The notes beneath the pieces are model-generated. The model had not been told where the DNA came from. It was given only the letters and a program-made list of their open reading frames with translations, and ran no database searches. Below, in pieces: positions 18,406 to 28,895 of a stretch of DNA of 64,000 nucleotides. The stretch lies in the NCBI GenBank assembly GCA_963819815.1, contig CAWFXL010000001.1, positions 128,001 to 192,000 of the forward strand, read 5' to 3'. Within the stretch, counting starts at the first letter, position 1. Every line of letters starts with the position of its first letter. This DNA comes from an uncultured bacterium. GTDB taxonomy: Bacteria > Babelota > Babeliae > Babelales > Babelaceae. The position numbers and the translations under genes are program-made.

Positions 18406-19172
18406 CGGAGTCCCCCCAGGTCATCAAAATATTCATGAGCGTAGGAAAGGTAGTTCCACGCATGGGGTTGCGGCTGTGCTTCTAATTGCTCTCTTAGATA
18501 GGGTAGAGCGAATGAGATATTTTCAGGATGTTTACGGAGCTCTTCTTTTATTTCCCAAAATATATGCTTCAAAGCATCTTTGGTATAATTTTTATTAAGA
18601 TCGTGCCGAGTTCCGATCATTCTTAAAAACCCTTTAATGCGCTTACTTGCATTAAAGATTCCTTCAGTGTCTATTAAGCAGAGCTTACCGTCAGCCATTT
18701 GGATATAATTAGTACTGGTCATATCTACATAATCTGCTTTGTGAATGATAGTGCAAAGCTGCTCTACCTGCTCAAGGGTAAGTGGTCGTTGTTTTCCTGC
18801 CGGTTCAATAGCTTTTACCACCACCGCATAGTTGAGATTATCTTGTGTGTAAGGCCTACCCTTAATGTGGTATACGCGTTTATCAGGCGTTGTGAGACAA
18901 TCAAGATCGTAGGTTTCTATGCATCGCCTTATTCGTTCGACCCCTTTGATGCGCTCAAGGCCATATTTTATATAGTAGCCTGGAAGCCAATCAAATTGCC
19001 AGACACCATGCCATTGGATGGTGCTATCAATCTTTTTGATCTTTTTATAAATTTCATGGCTGTGGGCATCTAAAATAGCTTCGATGTCGGAATCGACCGC
19101 ATATCTTTCAAGAGCACCCCAGCAACTACTTGCATATACGCTCAAAATGAGCACGCATGCTAGCCATTTCAT
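18402..19172 (-). CDS. Secreted kinase-fold-like protein, type A, with intact DxxxxN loop
   Basis: YYIKYG; YVDMTSTNY...LIDTEG. Confidence 0.7.
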   Translation of the reverse strand: MKWLACVLILSVYASSCWGALERYAVDSDIEAILDAHSHEIYKKIKKIDSTIQWHGVWQFDWLPGYYIKYGLERIKGVERIRRCIETYDLDCLTTPDKRVYHIKGRPYTQDNLNYAVVVKAIEPAGKQRPLTLEQVEQLCTIIHKADYVDMTSTNYIQMADGKLCLIDTEGIFNASKRIKGFLRMIGTRHDLNKNYTKDALKHIFWEIKEELRKHPENISFALPYLREQLEAQPQPHAWNYLSYAHEYFDDLGGLR

Positions 19173-19373
19173 ACCTTCCCCCTTTGTATGCTAATATGAG
19201 CTATAATCACCATGGGTACATTTTGAGTATACTTAATTAAATTTCTAAAAGTAAATAGAAACTAAAATGATGGATCGTCAATTTTATAATTAGATTAATT
19301 TGGCGAGCTTGCCTCTCATGTGATTCAGCGTTAGAATAAAAGGATTCGATATTATACCTAAAGGAGTTCCCCT

Positions 19374-20942
19374 ATGTGGTTCAGCTTTGCTACAAGTTAC
19401 CGTAACCATACTGATGGGAACTGGAAGATGCTGGGTCTAGTCCTGGTATTCTTCGTAAGTGCCCTTGCAGCTGACTCAAGAGCCCTTAAGGAGCTGCAGA
19501 CGAGCATCTCTTCATTGATCGATCAGCCTAAGTTTGTCTCAATGCGTTGGGGCATGTTAATTATGACAGCCGAGGGGCAGGTCCTTTTTGAACGGGATGC
19601 TGATAAAGCTTTTTTACCAGCATCAACGATGAAGCTTGTTACTGGGGCAGTGGCTCTGCATGTACTGGGCCCTGACTCTACGATGAGGACGTCGGTGTAT
19701 ACAACACAACCTATGCAGGCTGGGGTCGTGCATGGAGATCTCATTCTCTTTGGACGGGGTGATCCTACCCTATCTGGCCGATTTGAGCTTGAGAATCCCT
19801 ACAGTCTAGATTCATTAGCGTATCAAAAAACTAATTCAGGAATTGAAAGCCTAGCAGACCAGATCAAAGCACAAGGTATTAAGCGCATTACCGGTTCTCT
19901 TATTGGAGATGAGAGCTTTTTCCTCTCGAGGAAGCTCGGTCCAGGATGGGAATGTGATGATATACAAGCCTATTATGCTGCTGAAATTAGCGCACTAACT
20001 GTTAACGATAATTGCCTATCGCTTACCGTGGCGCCGAGCTTGATAGGAAGAGCTCCTACTATTACCGTGTTGCCTCAAACAAAGTACGTAAAAATACTTA
20101 ATACTGCCCGAACATCCGAGTCAGGGCAGACCTGTATTGGTATACATCGGCCGCTCAATAGCAATACTATCGAAATTTTTGGAACGATTCCTCGAGGAGC
20201 TAAGGAGTTCAAGTCGCTTATTGCAATTCATGATCCTGCACTCTTTGCGGCGACACTTTTAAAAGAGGCCTTAGCACGTCGAGGTATTAAAGTCATGCAA
20301 GGAGTACGTCGTATGGATACTCTTACTCGAATGGTTCAGCCCTGTACGGTATCAAAGTTATTCGAAGTGGCACATGTTACTTCCCAGTCGATGAGTGTTA
20401 TAGTCAAACTTATGAACAAGGTGAGCCAAAATCTCTACGCTGAACTTTTGCTGAGGCACATAGGCAATGCTCAAGGGTTGGTCCGGGTAGATCAATATGG
20501 ACTTCCACAACCTGCTGAAGCAAGAGGCAATGAGATGAGACGCTCTTTTCTTGAGATAGCTGGTATCGATCTGCAATCGCTGAAATTACACGATGGCTCT
20601 GGACTTGCGCGTCATAATTTACTGACTCCGCGAGCTACAGTATACTTGCTTCAGTACATGCTTACGCATCGAGATAGTGCAAGTTTTCTAGATTCATTAC
20701 CTCTAGCTGGAGTTGATGGGACTCTTGAGCATAGGATGATAGGTACCTCAGCAGCGAATAATGTACGAGCTAAGACAGGGATGCTGGGAGCGGTAAATGC
20801 TCTATCTGGATATGTTACCACTAAGAATGGGCGGTTGGTTATCTTTAGTTGCATGGCTAATAATTATATCGTGCCAACACTCGAGATTATGAAAATCTAT
20901 GACCAAATCGGAGTACTTCTTGCAGACTATGTTGGTATGTGA
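19374..20942 (+). CDS. dacB: D-alanyl-D-alanine carboxypeptidase/endopeptidase (PBP4, peptidase S13)
   Basis: PASTMK (SxxK), SQN (SxN), DGSGL and AKTG. Confidence 0.92.
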   Translation: MWFSFATSYRNHTDGNWKMLGLVLVFFVSALAADSRALKELQTSISSLIDQPKFVSMRWGMLIMTAEGQVLFERDADKAFLPASTMKLVTGAVALHVLGPDSTMRTSVYTTQPMQAGVVHGDLILFGRGDPTLSGRFELENPYSLDSLAYQKTNSGIESLADQIKAQGIKRITGSLIGDESFFLSRKLGPGWECDDIQAYYAAEISALTVNDNCLSLTVAPSLIGRAPTITVLPQTKYVKILNTARTSESGQTCIGIHRPLNSNTIEIFGTIPRGAKEFKSLIAIHDPALFAATLLKEALARRGIKVMQGVRRMDTLTRMVQPCTVSKLFEVAHVTSQSMSVIVKLMNKVSQNLYAELLLRHIGNAQGLVRVDQYGLPQPAEARGNEMRRSFLEIAGIDLQSLKLHDGSGLARHNLLTPRATVYLLQYMLTHRDSASFLDSLPLAGVDGTLEHRMIGTSAANNVRAKTGMLGAVNALSGYVTTKNGRLVIFSCMANNYIVPTLEIMKIYDQIGVLLADYVGM

Positions 20943-20958
20943 ACCTGAGCCTAGGCTT

Positions 20959-21897
20959 TCAATCGAAAAACCACCCATTTTTTGGTTTGCAGGCAAGTAG
21001 TATTGAGCATGCAATAAGCATTGCGCCACTTACTTGCCAAATTGAGGTTACCTCGCCAAGTACTTGTTGCGCAAGTACTGCCGTAAAGAGAGGTAGCGAA
21101 GAAAAGGCGATTAAGTTTACACGTGAGATTCCTTCATGCTTTAAGGCAGATGCATATAAGAAGATACTTGCGATACTTCCAAGAAGGCTGATACCTATAA
21201 AAAGTCCCCACTGCATTAAGGAGAGATGACTGACTAGGCTTACCAACTCTCGAGGTGCAACGTAGGGAACTACAAAAAAAATGCCCGAAACTGCTGTTGC
21301 AAAGGTTACAAAAAGAGTTGAGTAGTTCATGCTTACTTTTCTCAGCGCTTGGGAGTAAAGAGCTTGGCAGAGTACTGCCCCAAAAGCGAGAAGCTCCCCC
21401 ATATGCGTGCTACTTTGATAGGAGAGGATTTTGCCTTGAGTTACTACGAGGGTACTACCTGCAAAGCAAAGAGTTATTGCTGTTAGTTGTAGTCGAGTAA
21501 GTACTATCTGTCCAAGAAGTGCAGCGAGTACGAGGATCCATAGGGGGCTTGTGGCACTTATGAGACTAACTGAGATAGCTGTGGTATACGATAGTGCGGT
21601 AAAGAAAAAACTCGTATATATAAGTACTAAGAAGAGGCCCAGCATAAACATTCCAGGGATATCACGAGTTTTTATGTTCCGATATTCTTTCTGAGCGATA
21701 AAAAAGGGTATTAGTGCAACGGTTACCAGGCTGTAGCGAATACAGGCAAAGGCTACTGCCGACATGGAGGGGGTGAGGAGTTTCGAGGCTACCGTTACTC
21801 CTGCTCCTATGAAAGCACAGAGAAGTGCTGCGAAAATATAGAGCATATATTCCTTACTAGTTTTGAGACGATCGGTTGTAGGGTATCGTACTCCCAT
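20959..21897 (-). CDS. DMT/EamA family transporter (likely start 21846)
   Basis: Ten-TM pattern with two EamA repeats. Confidence 0.85.
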   Translation of the reverse strand: MGVRYPTTDRLKTSKEYMLYIFAALLCAFIGAGVTVASKLLTPSMSAVAFACIRYSLVTVALIPFFIAQKEYRNIKTRDIPGMFMLGLFLVLIYTSFFFTALSYTTAISVSLISATSPLWILVLAALLGQIVLTRLQLTAITLCFAGSTLVVTQGKILSYQSSTHMGELLAFGAVLCQALYSQALRKVSMNYSTLFVTFATAVSGIFFVVPYVAPRELVSLVSHLSLMQWGLFIGISLLGSIASIFLYASALKHEGISRVNLIAFSSLPLFTAVLAQQVLGEVTSIWQVSGAMLIACSILLACKPKNGWFFD

Positions 21898-21973
21898 GCC
21901 GACCTAGAATAAACAAAAAAAAATGATAAAGTAATACATAGTTTTTTTTTAAAAAAAAGGGAGGGACTCTACA

Positions 21974-23371
21974 TTGATAGAGGCAGTACTCGGAGCGCAC
22001 GCATTTGAAAAATCTGAAATAACCGTTATTGGAGCAGGGCCTGCAGGGCTTTTAACAGCCTATCGTTTAAAGAAAGCTGCTCTCAACGTTAAGGTTTTTG
22101 AAGCTCGATCTCGTAGTGGGGGAAGGCTTTTATCAGTACCTTCTATTCAAGCTGAGTTTGGCGCATGGTCCTTGGCAAATGGGGGAAAGCCAGAAATGTT
22201 TCAAGCTCTGGCCGAAGAGCTCGGACTTGAAATAGACTATTGGCAAGCGCCTTTTAAGCGGTTAGGGATAGTGAATAATCAGCTTAGTGATATAACCTAC
22301 CGTTTCATTCAATCGTATGATAATGATCCTCGGAAAGCCCGCAGCATTCTTGAATCAATTATACTGGTATCTAAGTCAGGCCAAGAGGTATTAGATAATT
22401 TTTATCCAGATGAACCTTTTCTTAAAGACTTCACAGAAAGGCTTTTGTGGGGCTATTTTGGTTCACGGGCAGCAGAACTCTCTGCTAAATTATATAAAGA
22501 ATCGATTATTCAGCTTTGCCTTGGTGGAATGTCAGATGTCTACAAGCAAGGTCCGCAACAAGCTCCGCTTAATCGAGTCAAAGGGGGCAATGATCTGTTT
22601 ACAAAAAAACTTGCAGAGTTTCTACACAATGATATTACGCTTAACAAGCCATTGACGGCTATTGCAAGAGGTACAGGTAATCGCCTGCGGCTTCTTTTTG
22701 AAGATGGCACGGCAAGTGAAACAGATCTTCTTGTGCTAGCACTTCCGGTTTCAGCATATAAAAAGTTAGCTATTGAAGAGGGTCTGATTCCTCGGGATCG
22801 TTTAGAAAGCATTCGCAGTGTATGTCCAGGCAGTATAACAAAGATACTCATACCTGCCTTGGGAACTGCACGCCCACCTGGTTATATCTCGACAAATGAG
22901 TATGGTGCTGCAATGAGTGAGCATGAAAAGTTTCTGACGCTCTATTGGCGTACTCCTTTTTCTCTTGACGCTTGTAAGGCCCAGGTTGCTAGTATAACAC
23001 AGGCGCTCAAATGGGATCTTCCGACTAAGTATATTCATGTAGAGACAGATGATTTGCACAAGGGTTATCCACAGGATGCAGTGTATATAATTGATTGGGT
23101 TCATGCTCCCTATATTAATGGCTCATTTTGTGCTTTTTCTCCAGCAAATGACCCGTTTGTACGGACTGAAAAAATCGAAGGGATTGTGACAAGCTCTCTT
23201 TTTAAGCCATCAGGGAACATTTATTTTGTAGGCGAAGCTGCAGGAACGAGTACACCACCGGGAAGTCTTGCTGCAGCATTTGAGTCTGCAGAACATATGG
23301 CGAGTCTTATTAAACAAAGATTATTATTTCTTTATAGTAATTCGCACCAGGATATTCAGTTTCGACTATAA
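21974..23371 (+). CDS. Flavin-dependent amine oxidase family protein
   Basis: VIGAGPAGL, EARSRSGGR and C-terminal IYFVGEA...AAFESAE. Confidence 0.85.
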   Translation: MIEAVLGAHAFEKSEITVIGAGPAGLLTAYRLKKAALNVKVFEARSRSGGRLLSVPSIQAEFGAWSLANGGKPEMFQALAEELGLEIDYWQAPFKRLGIVNNQLSDITYRFIQSYDNDPRKARSILESIILVSKSGQEVLDNFYPDEPFLKDFTERLLWGYFGSRAAELSAKLYKESIIQLCLGGMSDVYKQGPQQAPLNRVKGGNDLFTKKLAEFLHNDITLNKPLTAIARGTGNRLRLLFEDGTASETDLLVLALPVSAYKKLAIEEGLIPRDRLESIRSVCPGSITKILIPALGTARPPGYISTNEYGAAMSEHEKFLTLYWRTPFSLDACKAQVASITQALKWDLPTKYIHVETDDLHKGYPQDAVYIIDWVHAPYINGSFCAFSPANDPFVRTEKIEGIVTSSLFKPSGNIYFVGEAAGTSTPPGSLAAAFESAEHMASLIKQRLLFLYSNSHQDIQFRL

Positions 23372-23588
23372 TGCTAAGAATAAGCTTTTTCCCTTTCGAT
23401 GCCGTTAGTAATATGTTAGACCATTTGCTTTTAAAGCATACTTCGTTACAATGATTCTATATAATCAACCAATCTGGTTACCAAGCAATAAGTTAGTGCT
23501 TGCTGGTGGGGATTAGTGATAGCTGCTGGTGTATGTTGGTAGTACCGATGAGGCAGGCAAAAGAAAAAGATAGAGATAATGGGTTACT

Positions 23589-24998
23589 TTGTACCCTGAT
23601 GGAGGATTTATGACAGTGGGTACTAATAAACGAGAAACAATAAAGGTTATTCTCATCACGTTCTTACTCTGTTGCCTTGGGAATACAGTGCTTGCCCTCA
23701 ACACGCATAAGGCCTTGACCTCGGCGCTTATTAGAGGATTAGATGGCCAAGATACTGAGGATGATAGAAAATTGTTTGATGAGTATGATATTGATGCTGA
23801 GAAAGCTTTAGGAAAGGCATTACAAGGTATTATAAATGCTCGGCTAGAGAAGGCTTTCGATGATAGAGACCATGAAAGTATAGACAAAGTTCTACGAATT
23901 GCGAAGTATGTTCAGCGTAATCGCTCAAATACTCATCAGATGATACGGGTTCTCTATAAGTACTGTGAAACATCAATAAATCAGAAGCAACCGTTTGATG
24001 CCTTCAAAACCTGGTATACAGATCATCAAGTGGATGTGGATGATGTCACCCTACATGAAAATAGTAAAGAAACTATTGGTGACGACATCACAAGAAGGTT
24101 CCTGTTAATTAAAGGTAGGGAAACTATGGCAATGAATATTGCCGAGCTTGTTCATGAAAGGCGGAGCAAGAAAGGCATAGTACTCCGAGATCTTTTCAAA
24201 CATTATGAAGATAATAGTTTTGAAACAGGATATTGGGCTCGCGTAAGGCAGTGGCAGGACAGGCATCATGAGGATGTGGATAAGATAGAGTATGATACCA
24301 AGACCCTTGGGCACTATATTACCTCGCTTGCTCTGCGAGGAAGCCAGGAACGGCAAGACCTAATATATAGTACTTTTTTTATGAAAGGTCGTTCTGACCA
24401 TGTTTCCACATTTCTCTCACTTGTTGGGCTCCTGAGCCATGGCAAAATTACTGACCAAGGCAAAGACTTTTCTTTTAGTTCCCTAGAAAAATGGTTTAAA
24501 GAACATCCCATCGATGTAGATCTCATAGACTATCCAACGACGAAAGGAAAGTTAGGAGATGCTATTACTGAGGCATTTGTAAAGGATGAACACATTAGTG
24601 GCCTTGCAAGCCTTGTTCAGGAACATCGCAGTAAAAAGAATGCGGTGGTTTGTCGTCTTCTTGAGTGCTTACAAGTGAACAGCAATGCAGCTCTATTAAC
24701 AAAATTAGAGTCTTGGCTTGCGCTATACCCTATTGACGGTAGCAAGGTGCATTATACTGCTTCTCAGACTGTTGCTGACCGTATTGCAGAGATACGCAAT
24801 CCAGCATTAACGGCCTTATTTAAAAGAACGCAGGATAAACAGAAATCAAAGTCTGATCAGAAGTGGTCGACTCGACAAAAGATAGGATTTATTGGAGGGT
24901 TACTGCTCGCGGCAGGGGCTTGTTGGTATTATTTTGTTCACTCGAAGCACAAGAATGATAAGAAGGCTGATCATAGACCAGAACCAATATCAAACTGA
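23589..24998 (+). CDS. Hypothetical exported protein with four internal repeats and a C-terminal TM anchor
   Basis: N-terminal hydrophobic stretch; W..H..DVD...T(I/L)G..IT repeats; IGFIGGLLLAAGACWYYF followed by a basic tail. Confidence 0.75.
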   Translation: MYPDGGFMTVGTNKRETIKVILITFLLCCLGNTVLALNTHKALTSALIRGLDGQDTEDDRKLFDEYDIDAEKALGKALQGIINARLEKAFDDRDHESIDKVLRIAKYVQRNRSNTHQMIRVLYKYCETSINQKQPFDAFKTWYTDHQVDVDDVTLHENSKETIGDDITRRFLLIKGRETMAMNIAELVHERRSKKGIVLRDLFKHYEDNSFETGYWARVRQWQDRHHEDVDKIEYDTKTLGHYITSLALRGSQERQDLIYSTFFMKGRSDHVSTFLSLVGLLSHGKITDQGKDFSFSSLEKWFKEHPIDVDLIDYPTTKGKLGDAITEAFVKDEHISGLASLVQEHRSKKNAVVCRLLECLQVNSNAALLTKLESWLALYPIDGSKVHYTASQTVADRIAEIRNPALTALFKRTQDKQKSKSDQKWSTRQKIGFIGGLLLAAGACWYYFVHSKHKNDKKADHRPEPISN

Positions 24999-25112
24999 TA
25001 GAGTAGAATCGCTCGAAGGGCAGCATGCCCTAGGAAATCTGAAGCAGCTAATGTGCCCCCTTCAAACCATCTTCCTGCTTAATCTGACTCATCAAGGAAT
25101 GGGGATGCGTAT

Positions 25113-26594
25113 CTAACAGCTCACAACGATTTTTCCAAAGACGCCCCAATTTTCAAGTGCTGAAGCATGATGCTTAGATGCTAATTCATATCGTGCTCCA
25201 AAGGCAAGGTTTAGCGGATAGTCACACCAGTTGGTGGCATAGGTAATGGTGCCTGAGAAGGTGCTCGATAATGCTTTTTGTGAAATAGCAGAATTCCTGT
25301 TGACAGCACTTCCGGTGAGCTTTACAAACTGAGCATCGGGAGTGCCCTGCCCAAACGTATCTGAGATTTTTGCGGTACTGTGAGAAGTAAGATCTGTGCA
25401 GCGCGTCAAATCATAGATCCCAAAGTTCTCAAAATCAAATGCTGAATCTTTGATAGTAAGTTTTTCAGCAGAGCGGTACCACAGGTTATAGCCACCTTCA
25501 AAGCCCCAACAGCACCAGGTATAATGAAAACTGATCCACCACTCGAGAGTATGCTGTGGCTCTAGGTGAGCACACGCTCTTAATAAGTTGATGCCTCCTT
25601 GAAGAGGAGTATCGACATTGTCTTCAGCTGCGATGAGAAGAAATCGAGATAGCGGACCATTCTTAAGATCAAATTGGCGTCGTTGCTTGTCACCAAAGCT
25701 GTAGAGATATTTAAGCTCAGCCATGAGGAGGCATTCGGTACCTTCAAGTTCAGAGAGCCATAGGTTTCCATCGAACATGATACCTGCTCCAACACCCCCG
25801 CGTCGCGAGCCTACATAGGGTTGGAACCAGCGAGTATCATCAAACCTTTTCCCCGTAGGAATATTTCCAAGAAGGTACATGCTGAACATATCATCTTCAC
25901 AGTAGCCCATAACATATCCAAGACGGACCTGGATGTCGTCGACCCCCGTATGATGGCGAGAAAGGGGAAAGACCTCAAGGGTATCGAGCGCTTCACGTAC
26001 TGAGGATGGCTCATTAGTTAGATCTCCAAAGGTTGTGCGTTGTTCAAAGAGGCAAACCTGGTGTTTCACTCTGGTGACGGCAAAGGCACAATCAGCCCAG
26101 GTTCCTGGACAAAAACAATCTAAATTAAAAATAAACTGAGGTAGCCAGGCAAAGACTGCGCGTTTAGGACTCAGGCGTACCATCGAGCTAAATCCTTCAG
26201 GTTGTTTGGAGCCAAGACCGAGATTCAATGAATTAAAGGGTGCTGACTGTTCGGCAAACAAAAGAGGATTTTCGCCAAAGAAGCCTCGTCCAAGGTGCGC
26301 ACTTTTTCTATTTTGCTGGTAAAGGAAGGTTGAATCGAGCGTAAAGAAGGCACAGCTCACTTCACCACGAAATCGTTCAAAGAATGTACTGCTATTTCGA
26401 TAGGTTAAATCATTGGTGATCGAGCGGGGGTTCAGATAGGTACTGATGGCAGTAGGGCAGTCGTTACTTATTTCGTCACAATCACCAGAAATAGAGGCAT
26501 CACAATCGATTGAAGGATGGCAACAGTCATCAGGGTACAAAAATCCACCCGTTCCTATCGTGAGTGCTAAGAAGAGTATACGATATCTCTGCAT
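25113..26594 (-). CDS. Secreted Cys-rich putative outer-membrane protein (paralog of 13088..15031)
   Basis: Shared PRS, D.....GY, PTG..F, FQP.VG, FD..NGPLSR, GYN and W.V..K motifs. Confidence 0.7.
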   Translation of the reverse strand: MQRYRILFLALTIGTGGFLYPDDCCHPSIDCDASISGDCDEISNDCPTAISTYLNPRSITNDLTYRNSSTFFERFRGEVSCAFFTLDSTFLYQQNRKSAHLGRGFFGENPLLFAEQSAPFNSLNLGLGSKQPEGFSSMVRLSPKRAVFAWLPQFIFNLDCFCPGTWADCAFAVTRVKHQVCLFEQRTTFGDLTNEPSSVREALDTLEVFPLSRHHTGVDDIQVRLGYVMGYCEDDMFSMYLLGNIPTGKRFDDTRWFQPYVGSRRGGVGAGIMFDGNLWLSELEGTECLLMAELKYLYSFGDKQRRQFDLKNGPLSRFLLIAAEDNVDTPLQGGINLLRACAHLEPQHTLEWWISFHYTWCCWGFEGGYNLWYRSAEKLTIKDSAFDFENFGIYDLTRCTDLTSHSTAKISDTFGQGTPDAQFVKLTGSAVNRNSAISQKALSSTFSGTITYATNWCDYPLNLAFGARYELASKHHASALENWGVFGKIVVSC

Positions 26595-26812
26595 AGGTTC
26601 TCCTTTTTAAGTTTTTAATATCGTTAGTATGATAAATTCAAATGCTCTTTGCAACACCAAAAAATAGCCTCCCTTTCAGCAGGACTTTCTGGACTCATTT
26701 TTTGAAACTGTGGGCATGTTTCCTTAATTGCTTAATCTAAGGAGTGATCTCTCATCTTATAAAAGAGTGAGCAGGTCTGGAAGGCTGGTTGTAGCGAGCT
26801 AACCATGGAATA

Positions 26813-27916
26813 TTAGACATTAAATTTTATGACGACGACGTCGCCATCTTTTACGAGGTAATCCTGTCCTTCGGTTCTTATTTTTCCGATCTCTTTGAGT
26901 TTTGCTTCAGTTTTATACTCAAAGAGATCTTTGGCATTAAAGACCTCTGCACAAATAAAACCTCGTTGGAGGTCAGAATGTATTTCTCCCGCAGCTTCAC
27001 GGATGGTGGTTCCTTTTTCAATGGGCCAGGCGTGGATCTCTTTAGGACCGCAGGTAAAGAACGTAATCAGATTAAGCTCACGATAAGTATGTTTAATAAT
27101 CTCAGCTAGATTGTCCGTAGTAACCTGCATCATCTCTCTCATTTCAGCTGCTTCTTCTTCCGTTAAAAGAGTGAGCTCATATTCCAATTTGGCAGAGACG
27201 GGAATAACTCGCTCTTTTCCAAAGCGCTCAACTAATTTAATGAACATAGGATTTTTAAGGTAGGTATCGCCGGCAAGTTCAGCTTCAGTGACGTTTGCAA
27301 TAATCAAAAAGTTTTTTGCACAGAGCAGGGGAATCGTTTGGACCTTTGATTCCTTAAGGAGACTTTGTACTTTCTCAAGCTGTGCATCATTAAGAGCTAA
27401 TGATAGCTGTTTTAGGAGTTCGATTTCAGTTTCGAGTTCCTTGAGTTGTTTGGGATCATTTTTTGCTGCCTTAAGAAGATTGGCAGCTTTGGCGAGTCGT
27501 TTATCTACAGAATCAAGATCTTTGAGCATCAGCTCGGTAACGATGATGTCATAGTCAACTGACGGATCGCGGTCTAATTCCTCGATGAGGCCCGAGAAGC
27601 ATCTCAGAACATGTAAAATAAGGTCAACTTCCCGTATGTGACTGAGGAACTGATTACCAAGTCCTTCACCAGAGGCAGCACCTTTTACGAGCCCGGCAAT
27701 ATCAACAAATTGTACAGTAGATGCGAGAATTTTTTGAGAGTTATAAATTGCTTTAAGTTTTTCAAGGCGATCATCCGGCACATGGGTACAGGCAAGGTGC
27801 GGATCGATGGTGCAAAAGGGATAATCTTCTGCTGGTACCGATGAGCGAGTTAATGCATTAAAAAGAGTTGATTTACCAACATTGGGAAGGCCGACGAGCC
27901 CTGCGCTAATTGCCAT
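26813..27916 (-). CDS. ychF: Ribosome-binding ATPase YchF
   Basis: GLVGLPNVGKST, YPFCTIDP, DIAGLVKGA..GEGLGNQFL and TGS domain. Confidence 0.97.
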   Translation of the reverse strand: MAISAGLVGLPNVGKSTLFNALTRSSVPAEDYPFCTIDPHLACTHVPDDRLEKLKAIYNSQKILASTVQFVDIAGLVKGAASGEGLGNQFLSHIREVDLILHVLRCFSGLIEELDRDPSVDYDIIVTELMLKDLDSVDKRLAKAANLLKAAKNDPKQLKELETEIELLKQLSLALNDAQLEKVQSLLKESKVQTIPLLCAKNFLIIANVTEAELAGDTYLKNPMFIKLVERFGKERVIPVSAKLEYELTLLTEEEAAEMREMMQVTTDNLAEIIKHTYRELNLITFFTCGPKEIHAWPIEKGTTIREAAGEIHSDLQRGFICAEVFNAKDLFEYKTEAKLKEIGKIRTEGQDYLVKDGDVVVIKFNV

Positions 27917-28099
27917 AGTGTTCCTTTATCTGAAAGTCTTGTAGATAAAGAGTACCATAAAAAGTATAAGGCTGCGAGGATGCAGAGACTTGTGAGCAAA
28001 AAACCCTTGTTTTCATGGAATAGTATATGCTACGTTCTACCTTAGATGCGTTACTACGTATCAAAAAACTCACAATTTCTATACAAAGGGAAGCACTTT

Positions 28100-28810
28100 A
28101 TGAAGCAGTTATTTACCTTATTCACGGTTTGGTCTCTAAGTCTTATTGCACAGACTGGTCCTCAGCCCTTGTTTATCTCCAACATAACTTTCCTCCCGAA
28201 AGGATGTGGCGAAGCGACCACAAATATACAGGTGATTGCTTCAGGTGGTCAGCCCGCTGCAGATGGTTCATATACCTATAGTTTACAGGGTCAACCTTCC
28301 ATAACTAAGCCAACCGCATTATTTCAGAATGTCCCAATTACACTAGGAATTGAGAGCACTTTAGATTTACTAATTACGGATTCTGCAAACAATACGGTAT
28401 CCTCACAAGTTACCTTTACTGAATCTCAAACTGAATCGGTAAGCATGTCGATTGATTCATTACCTCTTGGAACAGGTCAAGGTTGCATTTCTTTAACTGT
28501 TACTAAATCAGCTGGCCAACCTGATGGCCTAGTTTCTCTTTTTATTGAGTCAGATGAAGTGTCCTCAGACATACAAACGAATGAAGTGGATAATGATCAG
28601 CCTTTTAAACTGACATTTTCTGCCCTTCCAAGTCCTTCGCTTAAGGCCGTCATGGAGCTGGCGAATGATTGCAAGAGTGGGGGTTCATCATTTTTTTCTG
28701 TTACATTTCCTTTTCCGCAGGGAATGGGGAATGCTCTCAAGGTCTATATATTTAACAAATATTGTAGCTGTGTATTGCAAAAGGGAACAATACCTGTTGT
28801 TCCTTTTTGA
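28100..28810 (+). CDS. Hypothetical secreted beta-rich protein
   Basis: ORF 28046..28810; signal peptide MKQLFTLFTVWSLSLIA from ATG 28100. Confidence 0.7.
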   Translation: MKQLFTLFTVWSLSLIAQTGPQPLFISNITFLPKGCGEATTNIQVIASGGQPAADGSYTYSLQGQPSITKPTALFQNVPITLGIESTLDLLITDSANNTVSSQVTFTESQTESVSMSIDSLPLGTGQGCISLTVTKSAGQPDGLVSLFIESDEVSSDIQTNEVDNDQPFKLTFSALPSPSLKAVMELANDCKSGGSSFFSVTFPFPQGMGNALKVYIFNKYCSCVLQKGTIPVVPF

Positions 28811-28857
28811 TCGGCTAGGTCGGTGTATATCCGGTTCGTACAGATTGGATAAAGATG

Positions 28858-28887
28858 AAGGGGCTGATCAAAAAAGATCAGCCCCTT
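28858..28887. terminator. Terminator hairpin between convergent genes (downstream of dnaK)
   Basis: AAGGGGCTGATC-aaaaaa-GATCAGCCCCTT. Confidence 0.75.
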
Positions 28888-28895
28888 TAGAATTG

